Source: a virus
IMG/VR virus record: IMGVR_UViG_3300017788_004205
Span: 1 to 64,000 of that record
Length of the DNA stretch: 64,000 bases
Reading direction: 5' to 3' (one strand)
Within the stretch, counting starts at the first letter, position 1. Each line of letters starts with the position of its first letter. The translations under genes were made by a program, and so were the position numbers. The notes beneath the pieces were generated by a model. That model was not told where the DNA came from, made no database searches, and saw only the letters and a list, made by a program, of their open reading frames with translations. Below are positions 19,504 through 28,375 of this stretch, piece after piece.

Positions 19504-22269
19504 TTAACTGTATAATTTAGCAAGACTGCTTTTAATTTCATTTGCAATTTGTCTTCCTATTATTCTTGCTTGCGCTTCGCTTATACCTGAAGATTCGCTC
19601 GGTATAGAAACTCCACCTCCGCCACCTGCTTCACCTTCTCCAGCTGGAGACATCTCTGGTGTTGCTTGTGCTGGTGTTTCAGTAGCTGTAGGAGTCTCTG
19701 GGGTTTGTGGAACTGCCTGTGAACTCATTATATCACCTAAGTTACTTATAGAACCTGATAGCTTCTGACTAAGTGGTTCTAAATTAACTTCATTCATCAT
19801 CAGTTCGGATTCAATAGCCATATTGGTTGTTTCAGGAATTTCAGAACTTTGAATTTTTGAAATAGCAGATGATAATTCTGGACTTTTTTGAGCTTGATTT
19901 TTTATGAGTATATCTTCCATTCCAGTACCAAATGGCATAAGTTCACTCGGAGGCATAGGAAGAGCTTGAGTAGCACCTGCACCCATCCCCATTTCCCCAA
20001 ATAAATTCATGTCTTTGAACATTTCTAAAGAAGTAAAACTTAGTTCAGGCGGTGGAGTCAACCCACCTTCTGCTTTTATAGCAGGAGGCATAGGTGGTAA
20101 TAACTCTCCTCCAAATGGGATTGCTTCATTTGCCATCGCACCTAAATTTTGAGGCATAGCCATTCCTTCTTTTGAAGTAATAGTTGCTGGCATAGGTGGT
20201 AAAGGAGGTACCACGATTCCTTGTGGACTGGTTGGAGATGTTGGTGCTGGTTTTGCACTTTGAGAAGCTCTGTTTTTTAATATATTTCTCATGATATCTT
20301 CAAATGTCTCAACTGGCTCTATAGCTTCTAATGCTGGTGCGTTTATATTTGCAATAGCTTCTGTTGGAGCTGGAACATTACCAGCTACTTCTTTTATCTC
20401 AGCTGTTGCAGTAACAACAGGGGGCATCGCACCAGTCGTTTCAAAATTAAATAAACTTTCAACTGGGGTTTCTGTACCAATTGTTCCTAATTCTGGTATA
20501 GAAGGCATAGGAATAGCTTGAGGAGGCATAGGCATTTGTTCTGCTCCGACCACCATCTGAGGAGGCATAGGCATAGCACCAGTAGTTTCAAAATTAAATA
20601 AACTTTCAACTGGTGTTTCTATCCCCATTCCAGCTATCATTGGAGGCGGAATTAAAGTAGGAGCTGTGGCTTGTTGAGTTAATATTTGAGTTGCTTCTAC
20701 TCCCGCTGTTGTAGGTGCAATAGGAAACGTTTTAGGTAAAACACCTCCCGTTAGAGCTTCAAATGAAAATGGAACCGTAGGAGGCATTTGTGGGGCTATT
20801 GGAGGCACTTTAACTTCTGCTGTTGTGGTAGCAGTAGGAGGAGTAGCTCCCGCTTCTGTTGGGGGCATGACTCCTGCTGGAAAAAGCCCACTTAAATCTT
20901 CTATTAGAGCTGGGGGTTGAACTAATCCTCCTTTAACTTCTACTCCTGCTTTTGGAGTAGGTGCTATTTCAGAGGGAATTAAGTTTTCTTCAAGCTCTTC
21001 TTCTTCTGGTTCTACCGCTCGACCATAAGCCATTTGGAACAATTCAGCTAAACTCTTTCTCTCTTTATCACCTTCTTTTGTCGGAGGTATTTGAGTTTGT
21101 AAATTTGTTGCTGTTGTTTCAGCTAAAGTTGTAGTAGCTTCTTCTGGCTTTTCTTCTCCTCCTCCAAATATTGAACTGAAAAATCCAGAAATTCCACCAC
21201 CTTGTTCTTCAGCTTCTTCTGTTGGTGGAGTAGGAGTTTCAAAATTTCTTAATTCTGTTTCGGTTATACCAAACGGTATCTCTTCCTCTTCTTCTTCTCC
21301 GCCACCAAATAAAGATGAAAATGTTGATTTAATACCTCCAAAAATATTCTCTACACCAATTGGAGATTCTGAAAATCCTTCTTCTTCGAAACCTACGAAC
21401 TCTTCTGGTAAAAATTCAGATATTCCAGTTTGAACAGCTTTTAACTCACCTTCCCCGAAGTTAGAAACTGAACTCATGAATTGCTCTGGTAAAAAAGATT
21501 CACTTTGAGCTTTTTCTGGAATTGAATACATGTTTTCATAAAAATCAGCAAATCCTTGTAAAAAAGGTTCGCCCATAGCTCCTGCTTGTTGTTCTTCGGC
21601 TCCTTGCATTTTAGGTGCCATAACATTCAAATCGGTTGTTATGTTTTCTTTTACTTTTTGTATTCCTTGTTCAACTTTCTTCAAAGATTCTTCATCTATA
21701 CCTAAATTTAACTTCGATTCTGTTGGTAGATTATTCAAATCTTCTTTTATGACGCTAACTTCATCTGCTATTTTTTCAACATTTGACAACCATTTTGACG
21801 ACCATTCAAAAGTAGATATAGTCTTAAAATCATTAACCAAATTTGAAAGCTTATCGATGTCAAACTGTTGAGTCGTTATCTGAGCAGTTTGTGGAGTTTG
21901 TGGAGTTTCTTTAGGGGTACTTATTTTATCAAGAACTCCTTCCAGATTTGACATTACTGATGTTAAATTACCAACAGTTTCTTCAGAAACCATACCTTCT
22001 GCTGGTGCGCCTTCTAATTTTGCTATTTCTGGTATTGTAGGAAGATTAGTAGTAAGAGTTCCACTCAAAGAAGCTTTTATGTTTTGAGCTTCTTTTGTGG
22101 CTTGATTGAGTACTTCCTTTTCTATCTTCTGAGCATCAGTAATTGAAATGGACATAACAGAAGAAAGAATATCGTCAACAGATGTTTCTATTGACTTATT
22201 TTCTTCTTCCATAGTTTTTGATATTATCTCATCTGATTGAATGAGATTATCTATTAATTTATCGTCCAT
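19504..22269 (-). CDS. Long low-complexity Pro/Thr/Glu/Ala-rich protein; candidate tape-measure/baseplate hub (gp29-position) protein
   Basis: 921 aa, directly downstream of the gp26/gp51-like pair; function inferred from position only. Confidence 0.5.
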   Translation of the reverse strand: MDDKLIDNLIQSDEIISKTMEEENKSIETSVDDILSSVMSISITDAQKIEKEVLNQATKEAQNIKASLSGTLTTNLPTIPEIAKLEGAPAEGMVSEETVGNLTSVMSNLEGVLDKISTPKETPQTPQTAQITTQQFDIDKLSNLVNDFKTISTFEWSSKWLSNVEKIADEVSVIKEDLNNLPTESKLNLGIDEESLKKVEQGIQKVKENITTDLNVMAPKMQGAEEQQAGAMGEPFLQGFADFYENMYSIPEKAQSESFLPEQFMSSVSNFGEGELKAVQTGISEFLPEEFVGFEEEGFSESPIGVENIFGGIKSTFSSLFGGGEEEEEEIPFGITETELRNFETPTPPTEEAEEQGGGISGFFSSIFGGGEEKPEEATTTLAETTATNLQTQIPPTKEGDKERKSLAELFQMAYGRAVEPEEEELEENLIPSEIAPTPKAGVEVKGGLVQPPALIEDLSGLFPAGVMPPTEAGATPPTATTTAEVKVPPIAPQMPPTVPFSFEALTGGVLPKTFPIAPTTAGVEATQILTQQATAPTLIPPPMIAGMGIETPVESLFNFETTGAMPMPPQMVVGAEQMPMPPQAIPMPSIPELGTIGTETPVESLFNFETTGAMPPVVTATAEIKEVAGNVPAPTEAIANINAPALEAIEPVETFEDIMRNILKNRASQSAKPAPTSPTSPQGIVVPPLPPMPATITSKEGMAMPQNLGAMANEAIPFGGELLPPMPPAIKAEGGLTPPPELSFTSLEMFKDMNLFGEMGMGAGATQALPMPPSELMPFGTGMEDILIKNQAQKSPELSSAISKIQSSEIPETTNMAIESELMMNEVNLEPLSQKLSGSISNLGDIMSSQAVPQTPETPTATETPAQATPEMSPAGEGEAGGGGGVSIPSESSGISEAQARIIGRQIANEIKSSLAKLYS
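20423..20620 (-). repeat. Intragenic direct repeat ETPVESLFNFETTGAMP (two copies 147 nt apart)
   Basis: Copies at ~20423-20473 and ~20570-20620. Confidence 0.85.
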
Positions 22270-22556
22270 TTATCTGGGCTTACATTTTTATTTATTTCAA
22301 AGATTTTTCCAACGTTCATATTTGGATTATCTCGTTTTGACCTTGCTTCTTTAATCACTTCATACCATTGAATTGTTTTCTCAATGATGGTTTCATATCT
22401 CCAATACGGTAATTCTTCAAGTTCACTTATACTGAATCCTTGTCGTATAAGAGTATAAAGGTTGTCTTCAAGTCTATCGAGTGATACTTTGTAAGTCTGG
22501 AATAAAGAGAGACTTAATTCCTCCTCGAAAGGAACTTGGGGCAGTGACCTCGGCAC
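22254..22556 (-). CDS. Baseplate hub assembly protein gp51-like; probably the frameshift extension of the upstream gene
   Basis: FSISELEELPYWRYE resembles the gp51-like motif; no ATG ahead of the conserved block; 83-nt overlap with the upstream gene. Confidence 0.55.
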   Translation of the reverse strand: MPRSLPQVPFEEELSLSLFQTYKVSLDRLEDNLYTLIRQGFSISELEELPYWRYETIIEKTIQWYEVIKEARSKRDNPNMNVGKIFEINKNVSPDKWTIN

Positions 22557-23511
22557 CGCACTTTGAACATTTATGTCTAATTCTTGAAACAGTAGATTTT
22601 TTAATCATATCTACTATTCTGACAAATGCTGCAAATTGTGATGTAGTCCAAGTCAAAGAATCTTCGGACTGTGATTCGTAAAAATCTTCGGTTATAGACA
22701 TCCAATTATCCATGATGTATGGAGCAATAGTAGCAAATGCCTTATCGTAAGATTTTCTTTGTCTGATTTTACTTGTGATGTATTTCTGAACAAATGCTCT
22801 CATTCCGATTGAAGGTAAGGTTAAACCAACATCTGATTGCATAGGGTCATTAAATTTAACTTGAAATATTTTTGCTTCTGGGTTGTAATACTTCATAAGT
22901 TCTTCATTAAATGTAAAGAACTCAAAGTCTGACCATTTTAGTGTTTTTTCATCACTATTTCCACATGAACATGAAATATTGCTTACGATTCTTGATTCAC
23001 CATTTTTGAATGTAGCATCTCTAACATGAAGTATAACTGATAGTTTATCAATATCTTTAAGGTTCTTAAAAGAAGGCGACATATTTGGAACATTAAATCT
23101 GACAAGATTTTCCAAAATATAATCGAAAGCATCATTTAATTCAAGTGGGTTTGTATCATCAACAGTCGAAAAGTGTCGGATGATTGATACTGTCGCAGGT
23201 TTGATAAGAAGTCTTGAACCTTCTGGGTAAAATGACCCTTGAGTTGGTAAAGATTCCATAGGAACTTCATACCAACCTATGTCGAAATTCTGATGAACAC
23301 TTCTAACAGCAACATTCTCAGGATTAAAATCATTTTGAACCATTTGAGCAGGTTCTGGTGCTGAAATTGGTTCTTCTTTTTTTTCTTTTGGCTTTGGAGG
23401 TGGAATATTACTGGTTGGTAATGCCTGCTCTTCTCCAACTTCTCTAACGGAGTTAAATTGGCTATCACGAGCCTCCATAATTTTTCTTGCTTCATCATCA
23501 CTTATAGGCAT
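22474..23511 (-). CDS. Baseplate hub subunit/assembly chaperone, T4 gp26-like
   Basis: LPTQGSFYP, DIDKLSVILHVRDATF, CSCG and CSKCG Cys pairs; GAGG RBS. Confidence 0.6.
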   Translation of the reverse strand: MPISDDEARKIMEARDSQFNSVREVGEEQALPTSNIPPPKPKEKKEEPISAPEPAQMVQNDFNPENVAVRSVHQNFDIGWYEVPMESLPTQGSFYPEGSRLLIKPATVSIIRHFSTVDDTNPLELNDAFDYILENLVRFNVPNMSPSFKNLKDIDKLSVILHVRDATFKNGESRIVSNISCSCGNSDEKTLKWSDFEFFTFNEELMKYYNPEAKIFQVKFNDPMQSDVGLTLPSIGMRAFVQKYITSKIRQRKSYDKAFATIAPYIMDNWMSITEDFYESQSEDSLTWTTSQFAAFVRIVDMIKKSTVSRIRHKCSKCGAEVTAPSSFRGGIKSLFIPDLQSITR

Positions 23512-23520
23512 AAAATCCTC

Positions 23521-23586
23521 TTATTTTGTTTTTGTTGATAATAGTTTTTGTATATATCGCTTTTTGGAAATACCCCCATTTTTCAT
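23521..23586 (-). CDS. Putative 21-aa basic leader peptide MKNGGISKKRYIQKLLSTKTK
   Basis: AGGAG RBS 8 nt before ATG; GATATATA (minus, 23629-23636) upstream; stop abuts the RBS of the gp26-like gene. Confidence 0.4.
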   Translation of the reverse strand: MKNGGISKKRYIQKLLSTKTK

Positions 23587-23746
23587 AAATAAAACTCCTA
23601 AAATATTTATGTTTTACCTTTGAATCAGTATATATCAGACAATAAATGAATAGCGATAGTTTACCCTTCAATATAGTCTAAAATAATATTTAAGTTTGAA
23701 TAATTTTTAAGTTTTAATGGGGTTTTAATTATTTTTTAGATATATA
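23551..23746. promoter_or_regulatory. Divergent late promoter region with three GATATATA octamers
   Basis: Minus strand at 23551-23558 and 23629-23636; plus strand at 23739-23746. Confidence 0.65.
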
Positions 23747-23782
23747 GACTTAATCATTTCAAATAAATATCAAAACTATAAA

Positions 23783-25783
23783 ATGGCTGGAGCACAAGGA
23801 CCCCAAGGGCCGATAGGAAATCAAGGAGCATCGATTGCAGGTTCGCAAGGGCCGACTGGTATAGGACTGCAAGGAGTACCTGGTAGTCAAGGAAATCAAG
23901 GTTCCGTTGGAACCCAAGGTAATCAGGGTAATTCTGGCCCTCAAGGAGTTCAAGGTAACCAAGGCAATCAAGGTACCCAAGGCATCCAAGGTAATCAAGG
24001 AAATCAAGGCAATCAAGGTAACCAAGGCTCTCAGGGAGCTCAAGGTGTTCAAGGCGTACAAGGCCCACAAGGAACTCAAGGAATACGTGGAATTCAAGGA
24101 ACTCAAGGGAATACTGGTGGGACTGGGAACCAAGGTAGAACTGGTATACAAGGCCCTCAAGGATTTCAAGGCCCGAAAGGAGACCAAGGAGTTCAAGGAA
24201 CCCAAGGAACTCAAGGTGTTCAAGGTATAATTGGTACTCAAGGTGTTCAAGGTGGAAGTGGAGGTCAAGGAACTGTTGGTAGACAGGGTAATCAAGGTAA
24301 TCAAGGTTCTCAAGGAACTGGAGACCAAGGTGTTCAAGGTAATCAAGGTAACCAAGGTAGACAAGGTAATCAAGGAAATCAGGGTAACCAAGGTAACCAA
24401 GGAACGGGTGCTCAAGGTAATCAAGGAAATCAGGGCAATCAAGGAAATCAGGGTAATCAAGGAAATCAAGGAACAGGCGCTCAAGGTAATCAAGGTGACC
24501 AAGGAAACCAAGGCAATCAAGGCCCTCTCGGTAACCAAGGGCCAAAAGGAACTCAAGGTAACCAAGGAAATCAAGGCAATCAAGGTAATCAAGGTAATCA
24601 AGGAAACACAGGATTAGGAAACCAAGGTAACCAAGGCAATCAAGGTAGACAAGGCAACCAAGGCAATCAAGGTAATCAAGGCCCGCAAGGAAGTCAAGGT
24701 AACCAAGGCAATCAAGGCGCAAGTGGAGCTCAGGGTAATCAAGGCAATCAAGGTAATCAAGGCCCGCAGGGAAGTCAAGGTAATCAAGGAAATCAAGGTG
24801 CAAGTGGAGCTCAGGGTAACCAAGGCAATCAAGGTAGACAAGGCAATCAAGGAAATCAAGGGCCTCAGGGTAACCAAGGGAATCAAGGCTCACAAGGACC
24901 TCAGGGTACTCAAGGCGTTCAAGGTATAGGTGGAGTTTTACTTGGAGTGACTACAAGTGATAATATATTATCCCCTAATAATACTATTAATGCAGGTAGA
25001 ATACTTGTTAATTCTTCTTCTTTAAATGCGGATTTAGTAATACAACCAAAGGGTTCTGGGGCAATAGTTGCTCAATTACCTGATGGCACTTCAACAGGCG
25101 GAAATAAGAGAGGTCTTAATTCTGTTGATTTACAAACAAGCAGAGCGAGTGCAACGCATGTTGCTTCAGGCACCAACTCATTTATAGCATCAGGTGAAAG
25201 AAATACAGCATCTGGGCCTTATTCTTCTGTTTTAGGTGGTTATTCTAATGTATCATCTGGTGATTATTCTGTTGGTTTAGGTGGTCTTTCAAATACAGCA
25301 TCTGGTGATTATTCAGCTACAATAGGCTCTGGGGCTAATGCTCTTAACTATGGAGAATTTACACATGCTTCTGGTTCATTTGCAACAAATGGAGATGCTC
25401 AAAGTTCTTGGTTGATATATAGAGGGACGACAGTTGGTTTAACATCCAATATTTTGTATTTGGATGGAATTTCAGAAACAGCTTCATTACCTAATGATAC
25501 AACTTGGTTTGTTACATGCTATGTTGTAGCAAGAAGAACTGATGCAAATGGTGAATCGTCTGGTGGTAAATTTGAATTTGTGATAGACAGAGGGGCAACA
25601 GCAGGTACAACTGCACTTGCTGGCTCTGTTGTAGAAACTATCATCCATAAAGATGATAACACTTGGACTATAACTGCAACTGCAAATACAACATATGGAG
25701 GCCCGCAAATTATAGCATCGGGAGCTTCAGCTAAAACTATTAACTGGGTGGTTTATGCACATGTTGTTCAGGTAACTGGATAA
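23783..25783 (+). CDS. Collagen-like tail/virion fibre protein
   Basis: ~380 aa of Gly-X-Y triplets followed by a globular region with NTASGxYS repeats. Confidence 0.85.
   Translation: MAGAQGPQGPIGNQGASIAGSQGPTGIGLQGVPGSQGNQGSVGTQGNQGNSGPQGVQGNQGNQGTQGIQGNQGNQGNQGNQGSQGAQGVQGVQGPQGTQGIRGIQGTQGNTGGTGNQGRTGIQGPQGFQGPKGDQGVQGTQGTQGVQGIIGTQGVQGGSGGQGTVGRQGNQGNQGSQGTGDQGVQGNQGNQGRQGNQGNQGNQGNQGTGAQGNQGNQGNQGNQGNQGNQGTGAQGNQGDQGNQGNQGPLGNQGPKGTQGNQGNQGNQGNQGNQGNTGLGNQGNQGNQGRQGNQGNQGNQGPQGSQGNQGNQGASGAQGNQGNQGNQGPQGSQGNQGNQGASGAQGNQGNQGRQGNQGNQGPQGNQGNQGSQGPQGTQGVQGIGGVLLGVTTSDNILSPNNTINAGRILVNSSSLNADLVIQPKGSGAIVAQLPDGTSTGGNKRGLNSVDLQTSRASATHVASGTNSFIASGERNTASGPYSSVLGGYSNVSSGDYSVGLGGLSNTASGDYSATIGSGANALNYGEFTHASGSFATNGDAQSSWLIYRGTTVGLTSNILYLDGISETASLPNDTTWFVTCYVVARRTDANGESSGGKFEFVIDRGATAGTTALAGSVVETIIHKDDNTWTITATANTTYGGPQIIASGASAKTINWVVYAHVVQVTG
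23789..24930 (+). repeat. Gly-X-Gln (mostly GNQ) collagen-like tandem repeat
   Basis: 9-nt periodic CAAGGTAAT/CAAGGAAAT/CAAGGCAAT units. Confidence 0.95.
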
Positions 25784-25803
25784 TAGAAAATAAATAACAT
25801 TAT

Positions 25804-26211
25804 ATGCCACAAGTAACAGGTAAAGTATCAGGAATGGGAACATCATGGAGCCCATCTGCTATATTAAATAGATATGGTTCTAATTATTCAAGGTTGAGTC
25901 ATGAAAACCCAGCTTTTGATATAGGTAGAATTAATAACAGAGGTTATCTTGAATTTCAAAAAGATAAAGAACAAAAAAGAATCCAAGCCAGATTTCAAAT
26001 AGGGGATTTTGTTGAAGCTAAGGAATATGGAACAGACGAAACAATAACAGGAAAGATTTTAAGTATACAAAATAAAGAAGATATGCTCGATACTATCTAC
26101 ATCATGCATAATGGAGAAAGAAAAAGAATTGATGTTGCAACAATAGAAAAATTAGCAGAAGCTACTTCTTCCCCAATCTTATCATTCCAAGAATTTATAC
26201 TTCTCTCATAA
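25804..26211 (+). CDS. Hypothetical protein with an SH3/KOW-like domain
   Basis: FQIGDFVEAK...ITGKILSI; ends PILSFQEFILLS. Confidence 0.6.
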   Translation: MPQVTGKVSGMGTSWSPSAILNRYGSNYSRLSHENPAFDIGRINNRGYLEFQKDKEQKRIQARFQIGDFVEAKEYGTDETITGKILSIQNKEDMLDTIYIMHNGERKRIDVATIEKLAEATSSPILSFQEFILLS

Positions 26212-26225
26212 CAAAACTATAACTT

Positions 26226-26849
26226 ATGAAAATAGCGGGAATAGATTTTTCTATAAATCACCCTTCGGTTTGTGTTTACGACACTGAAACAAAAGAATGT
26301 CAGTTTTATGTTTTTCCAAAAGAAAGGACAAAGGGACATTCTAATTTAAATAATACAGAAGTTAATATTATTGATATTCAAAGGTATGATGTAGCCAATG
26401 GCTTATCATCAACGGAGAGAGAGAGACTTTCTACCTTGAATGCTATTATTCTCGCAGAAGGTATAATGAAAGCTTTACCTGATGATATAAATGCAGTTGC
26501 TCTTGAAAACTTAGCATTCTCAGCAAGTTCTAATAGACTTGCAGAAATAGCAGGGTATCAGTATATTTTTAGAGAAAGACTAACGAACAGATATGGAACT
26601 AATAATTTGTATTTCTTTGCGGCTATGAGCGTTAAAGCAAAGGCTGGTAGCGGAAAGTTCGATAAAAACCAAATGATTGAAAAGTTCTTAGATAGAGAAT
26701 TTACTGGCGTATCTTTGAAAATACAGGATAAATTAGAATCAGAAACTCAATTTTTCAAGAAAACAAAAAATTGGATAAAGCCGATTGATGATATAGCGGA
26801 CTCATTTTGGATTGCAAAATGTTTACAATTTGTTTTAGAAAGTAATTGA
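26226..26849 (+). CDS. RuvC-like Holliday junction resolvase
   Basis: IAGIDFSINHPSVC, VALENL, DDIADSFWIA catalytic acidic motifs. Confidence 0.75.
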   Translation: MKIAGIDFSINHPSVCVYDTETKECQFYVFPKERTKGHSNLNNTEVNIIDIQRYDVANGLSSTERERLSTLNAIILAEGIMKALPDDINAVALENLAFSASSNRLAEIAGYQYIFRERLTNRYGTNNLYFFAAMSVKAKAGSGKFDKNQMIEKFLDREFTGVSLKIQDKLESETQFFKKTKNWIKPIDDIADSFWIAKCLQFVLESN

Positions 26850-26855
26850 TATTCA

Positions 26856-27704
26856 TTACTTAAAGAATATACTTTCTTCTGTTTTGTAGAAATTATTAAA
26901 TATAACAGACAGCTCTTCGTATCTTTTTTCTTTTAGCATTCCAATTACTATATCTGTATGGTATTCTGGATTTATCCAATCGGGTATATTTCCAACCCAC
27001 ATCCCAAATTTTTCTTTCCAATAATCAAGACCTTTTCTATAATAATCATTTATAGATGCTGTGCTCACCGTTGACTCTATATTATAGTCTATTTGTTCAA
27101 TTAGCTTATGTGAATCTACAACATCAGCGGAAAGCCAATATGGAGTATGATAACCAGCTAATGTTATTCTGAATGTTAAATCTAAATGTTCCCAACAATT
27201 TTGATAGTATTCATCGAAATACCCTGCTTTCTCAAAAACAGAACGGTGAAATAATTGAAAGCATCCTCCAGCATAAGAATATAAAGCAAGTCCTCTATCT
27301 CCATAAACCAATCTTGGTTTTGGAGCGACTCTACCTTCATTCCAATTATCATTTCCATGTAAATCATAGTTTAGATGCAATAACCCACTATCATTAGCAA
27401 CTTCAATATAACGGTCGAATACCTTAGGGTCAATGATTTTCATATCATTTTCCATAAGAAAAATCCATTCTGTATTGAAACTCAAAAGATATTGAATAGC
27501 ATTATTTTTACTTCTTGCTATTTTTCTATTGACAGGATGCTGTATAACCACCATATCATCTCTATATTCCGATGCATCGTAAGGAGCACCATCATTAACA
27601 ACAACAAAGGGAATCTTTTTATTGTATGGTATATGAGAAATGCACTCTCTAAATCTTGGTATATTATTATGAGTTAATAGACCTATACTATATTTTGAAA
27701 TCAT
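26856..27704 (-). CDS. Glycosyltransferase family 2
   Basis: VVVNDGA, IARSKNNAI, FLMENDM, GYFDEYY..CWEHLDLTFR. Confidence 0.85.
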   Translation of the reverse strand: MISKYSIGLLTHNNIPRFRECISHIPYNKKIPFVVVNDGAPYDASEYRDDMVVIQHPVNRKIARSKNNAIQYLLSFNTEWIFLMENDMKIIDPKVFDRYIEVANDSGLLHLNYDLHGNDNWNEGRVAPKPRLVYGDRGLALYSYAGGCFQLFHRSVFEKAGYFDEYYQNCWEHLDLTFRITLAGYHTPYWLSADVVDSHKLIEQIDYNIESTVSTASINDYYRKGLDYWKEKFGMWVGNIPDWINPEYHTDIVIGMLKEKRYEELSVIFNNFYKTEESIFFK

Positions 27705-27798
27705 AGTATTTACATTTTGTCAGAAAAAATAAAATCTTGTCATAGTTATAGAAAAAATGTCGGTTTAAGTTTGAAAAAAGTCAGAAAAAAATAAAAAA

Positions 27799-27827
27799 TT
27801 GAACTTGGCACAGTTTTTAACTATAAC
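27799..27827 (+). promoter_or_regulatory. sigma70-like promoter TTGAAC-N17-TATAAC
   Basis: 17-nt spacer, upstream of the Hsp20 gene. Confidence 0.6.
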
Positions 27828-27874
27828 ATAATGTTCTCGAAAAGAGAACAAGAACTAAAAATAACCAAATTATT

Positions 27875-28300
27875 ATGCATGTAAATGTAGCTGAACACCT
27901 GAAAGCCATCAGAGAAGCATCTGATGCTAAAAAATGGATTGATGATATGCTTTCATCTAATCTTCTTATAGATGATGCATATTTGCGGGCAGATATAATT
28001 GAAAATGAAAAGGAATTTACCATAAATTGTGAGATTCCTGGAATTAAAAAAGAAGATATATCAATCTTTTTTGAAGATTCTTTCCTGAAAATCAAAGCAA
28101 ATTCAAGTGAAGAATTTGAAAATAAAGGAGATAGATTCATTCTTAAAGAAATTAAAAGAGGAAAATTCCAAAGGTCTTTTAAGTTGAAGGGAGAATTTAA
28201 TCCAGAGGATATTGAAGCAAAGCATGAAAATGGAATATTAACTATAAAAATCCCCAAAACAGAGAATAAGCGCAAAGAATTTTCAATAAAAATTAAATAA
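27875..28300 (+). CDS. Small heat shock protein (Hsp20/alpha-crystallin)
   Basis: ADIIENE..F.I.CEIPGIKKEDI, GKFQRSFKL, IEAKHENGILTIKIPK. Confidence 0.92.
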   Translation: MHVNVAEHLKAIREASDAKKWIDDMLSSNLLIDDAYLRADIIENEKEFTINCEIPGIKKEDISIFFEDSFLKIKANSSEEFENKGDRFILKEIKRGKFQRSFKLKGEFNPEDIEAKHENGILTIKIPKTENKRKEFSIKIK

Positions 28301-28305
28301 AATTG

Positions 28306-28330
28306 AAGCCCAGAGCAATCTGGGCTTTAT
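28306..28330 (+). terminator. Intrinsic terminator
   Basis: AAGCCCAGA-GCAA-TCTGGGCTT stem with GNRA loop. Confidence 0.75.
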
Positions 28331-28344
28331 TATTAAAAAAATTT

Positions 28345-28352
28345 GATATATA
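28345..28352 (+). promoter_or_regulatory. Putative late promoter GATATATA
   Basis: 24 nt upstream of ATG 28376. Confidence 0.65.
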
Positions 28353-28375
28353 GAGGTGAAATCTTAAATACCCAT

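Noticed and set aside
23754-24929. Long antisense and alternative-frame ORFs (379, 280, 128, 107 aa) over the collagen gene
   Set aside because: Shadows of the 9-nt periodic repeat that lack stops; low-complexity LDY/LIT translations
23789-24930. Repeat array as a possible CRISPR
   Set aside because: 9-nt coding periodicity with no unique spacers; no cas genes
26226-26849. RuvC domain as a Cas12/TnpB-like effector
   Set aside because: 207-aa stand-alone resolvase-type protein with no zinc finger, guide locus or array
27817-28275. 152-aa antisense ORF and similar short antisense ORFs throughout
   Set aside because: Fully overlap well-supported genes on the opposite strand and show no recognisable motifs
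28343-28375. ORF-track start (TTG 28343) for the RimK-like gene
   Set aside because: Overlaps the late promoter; ATG 28376 fits promoter spacing and places the targeting motif at the N-terminus
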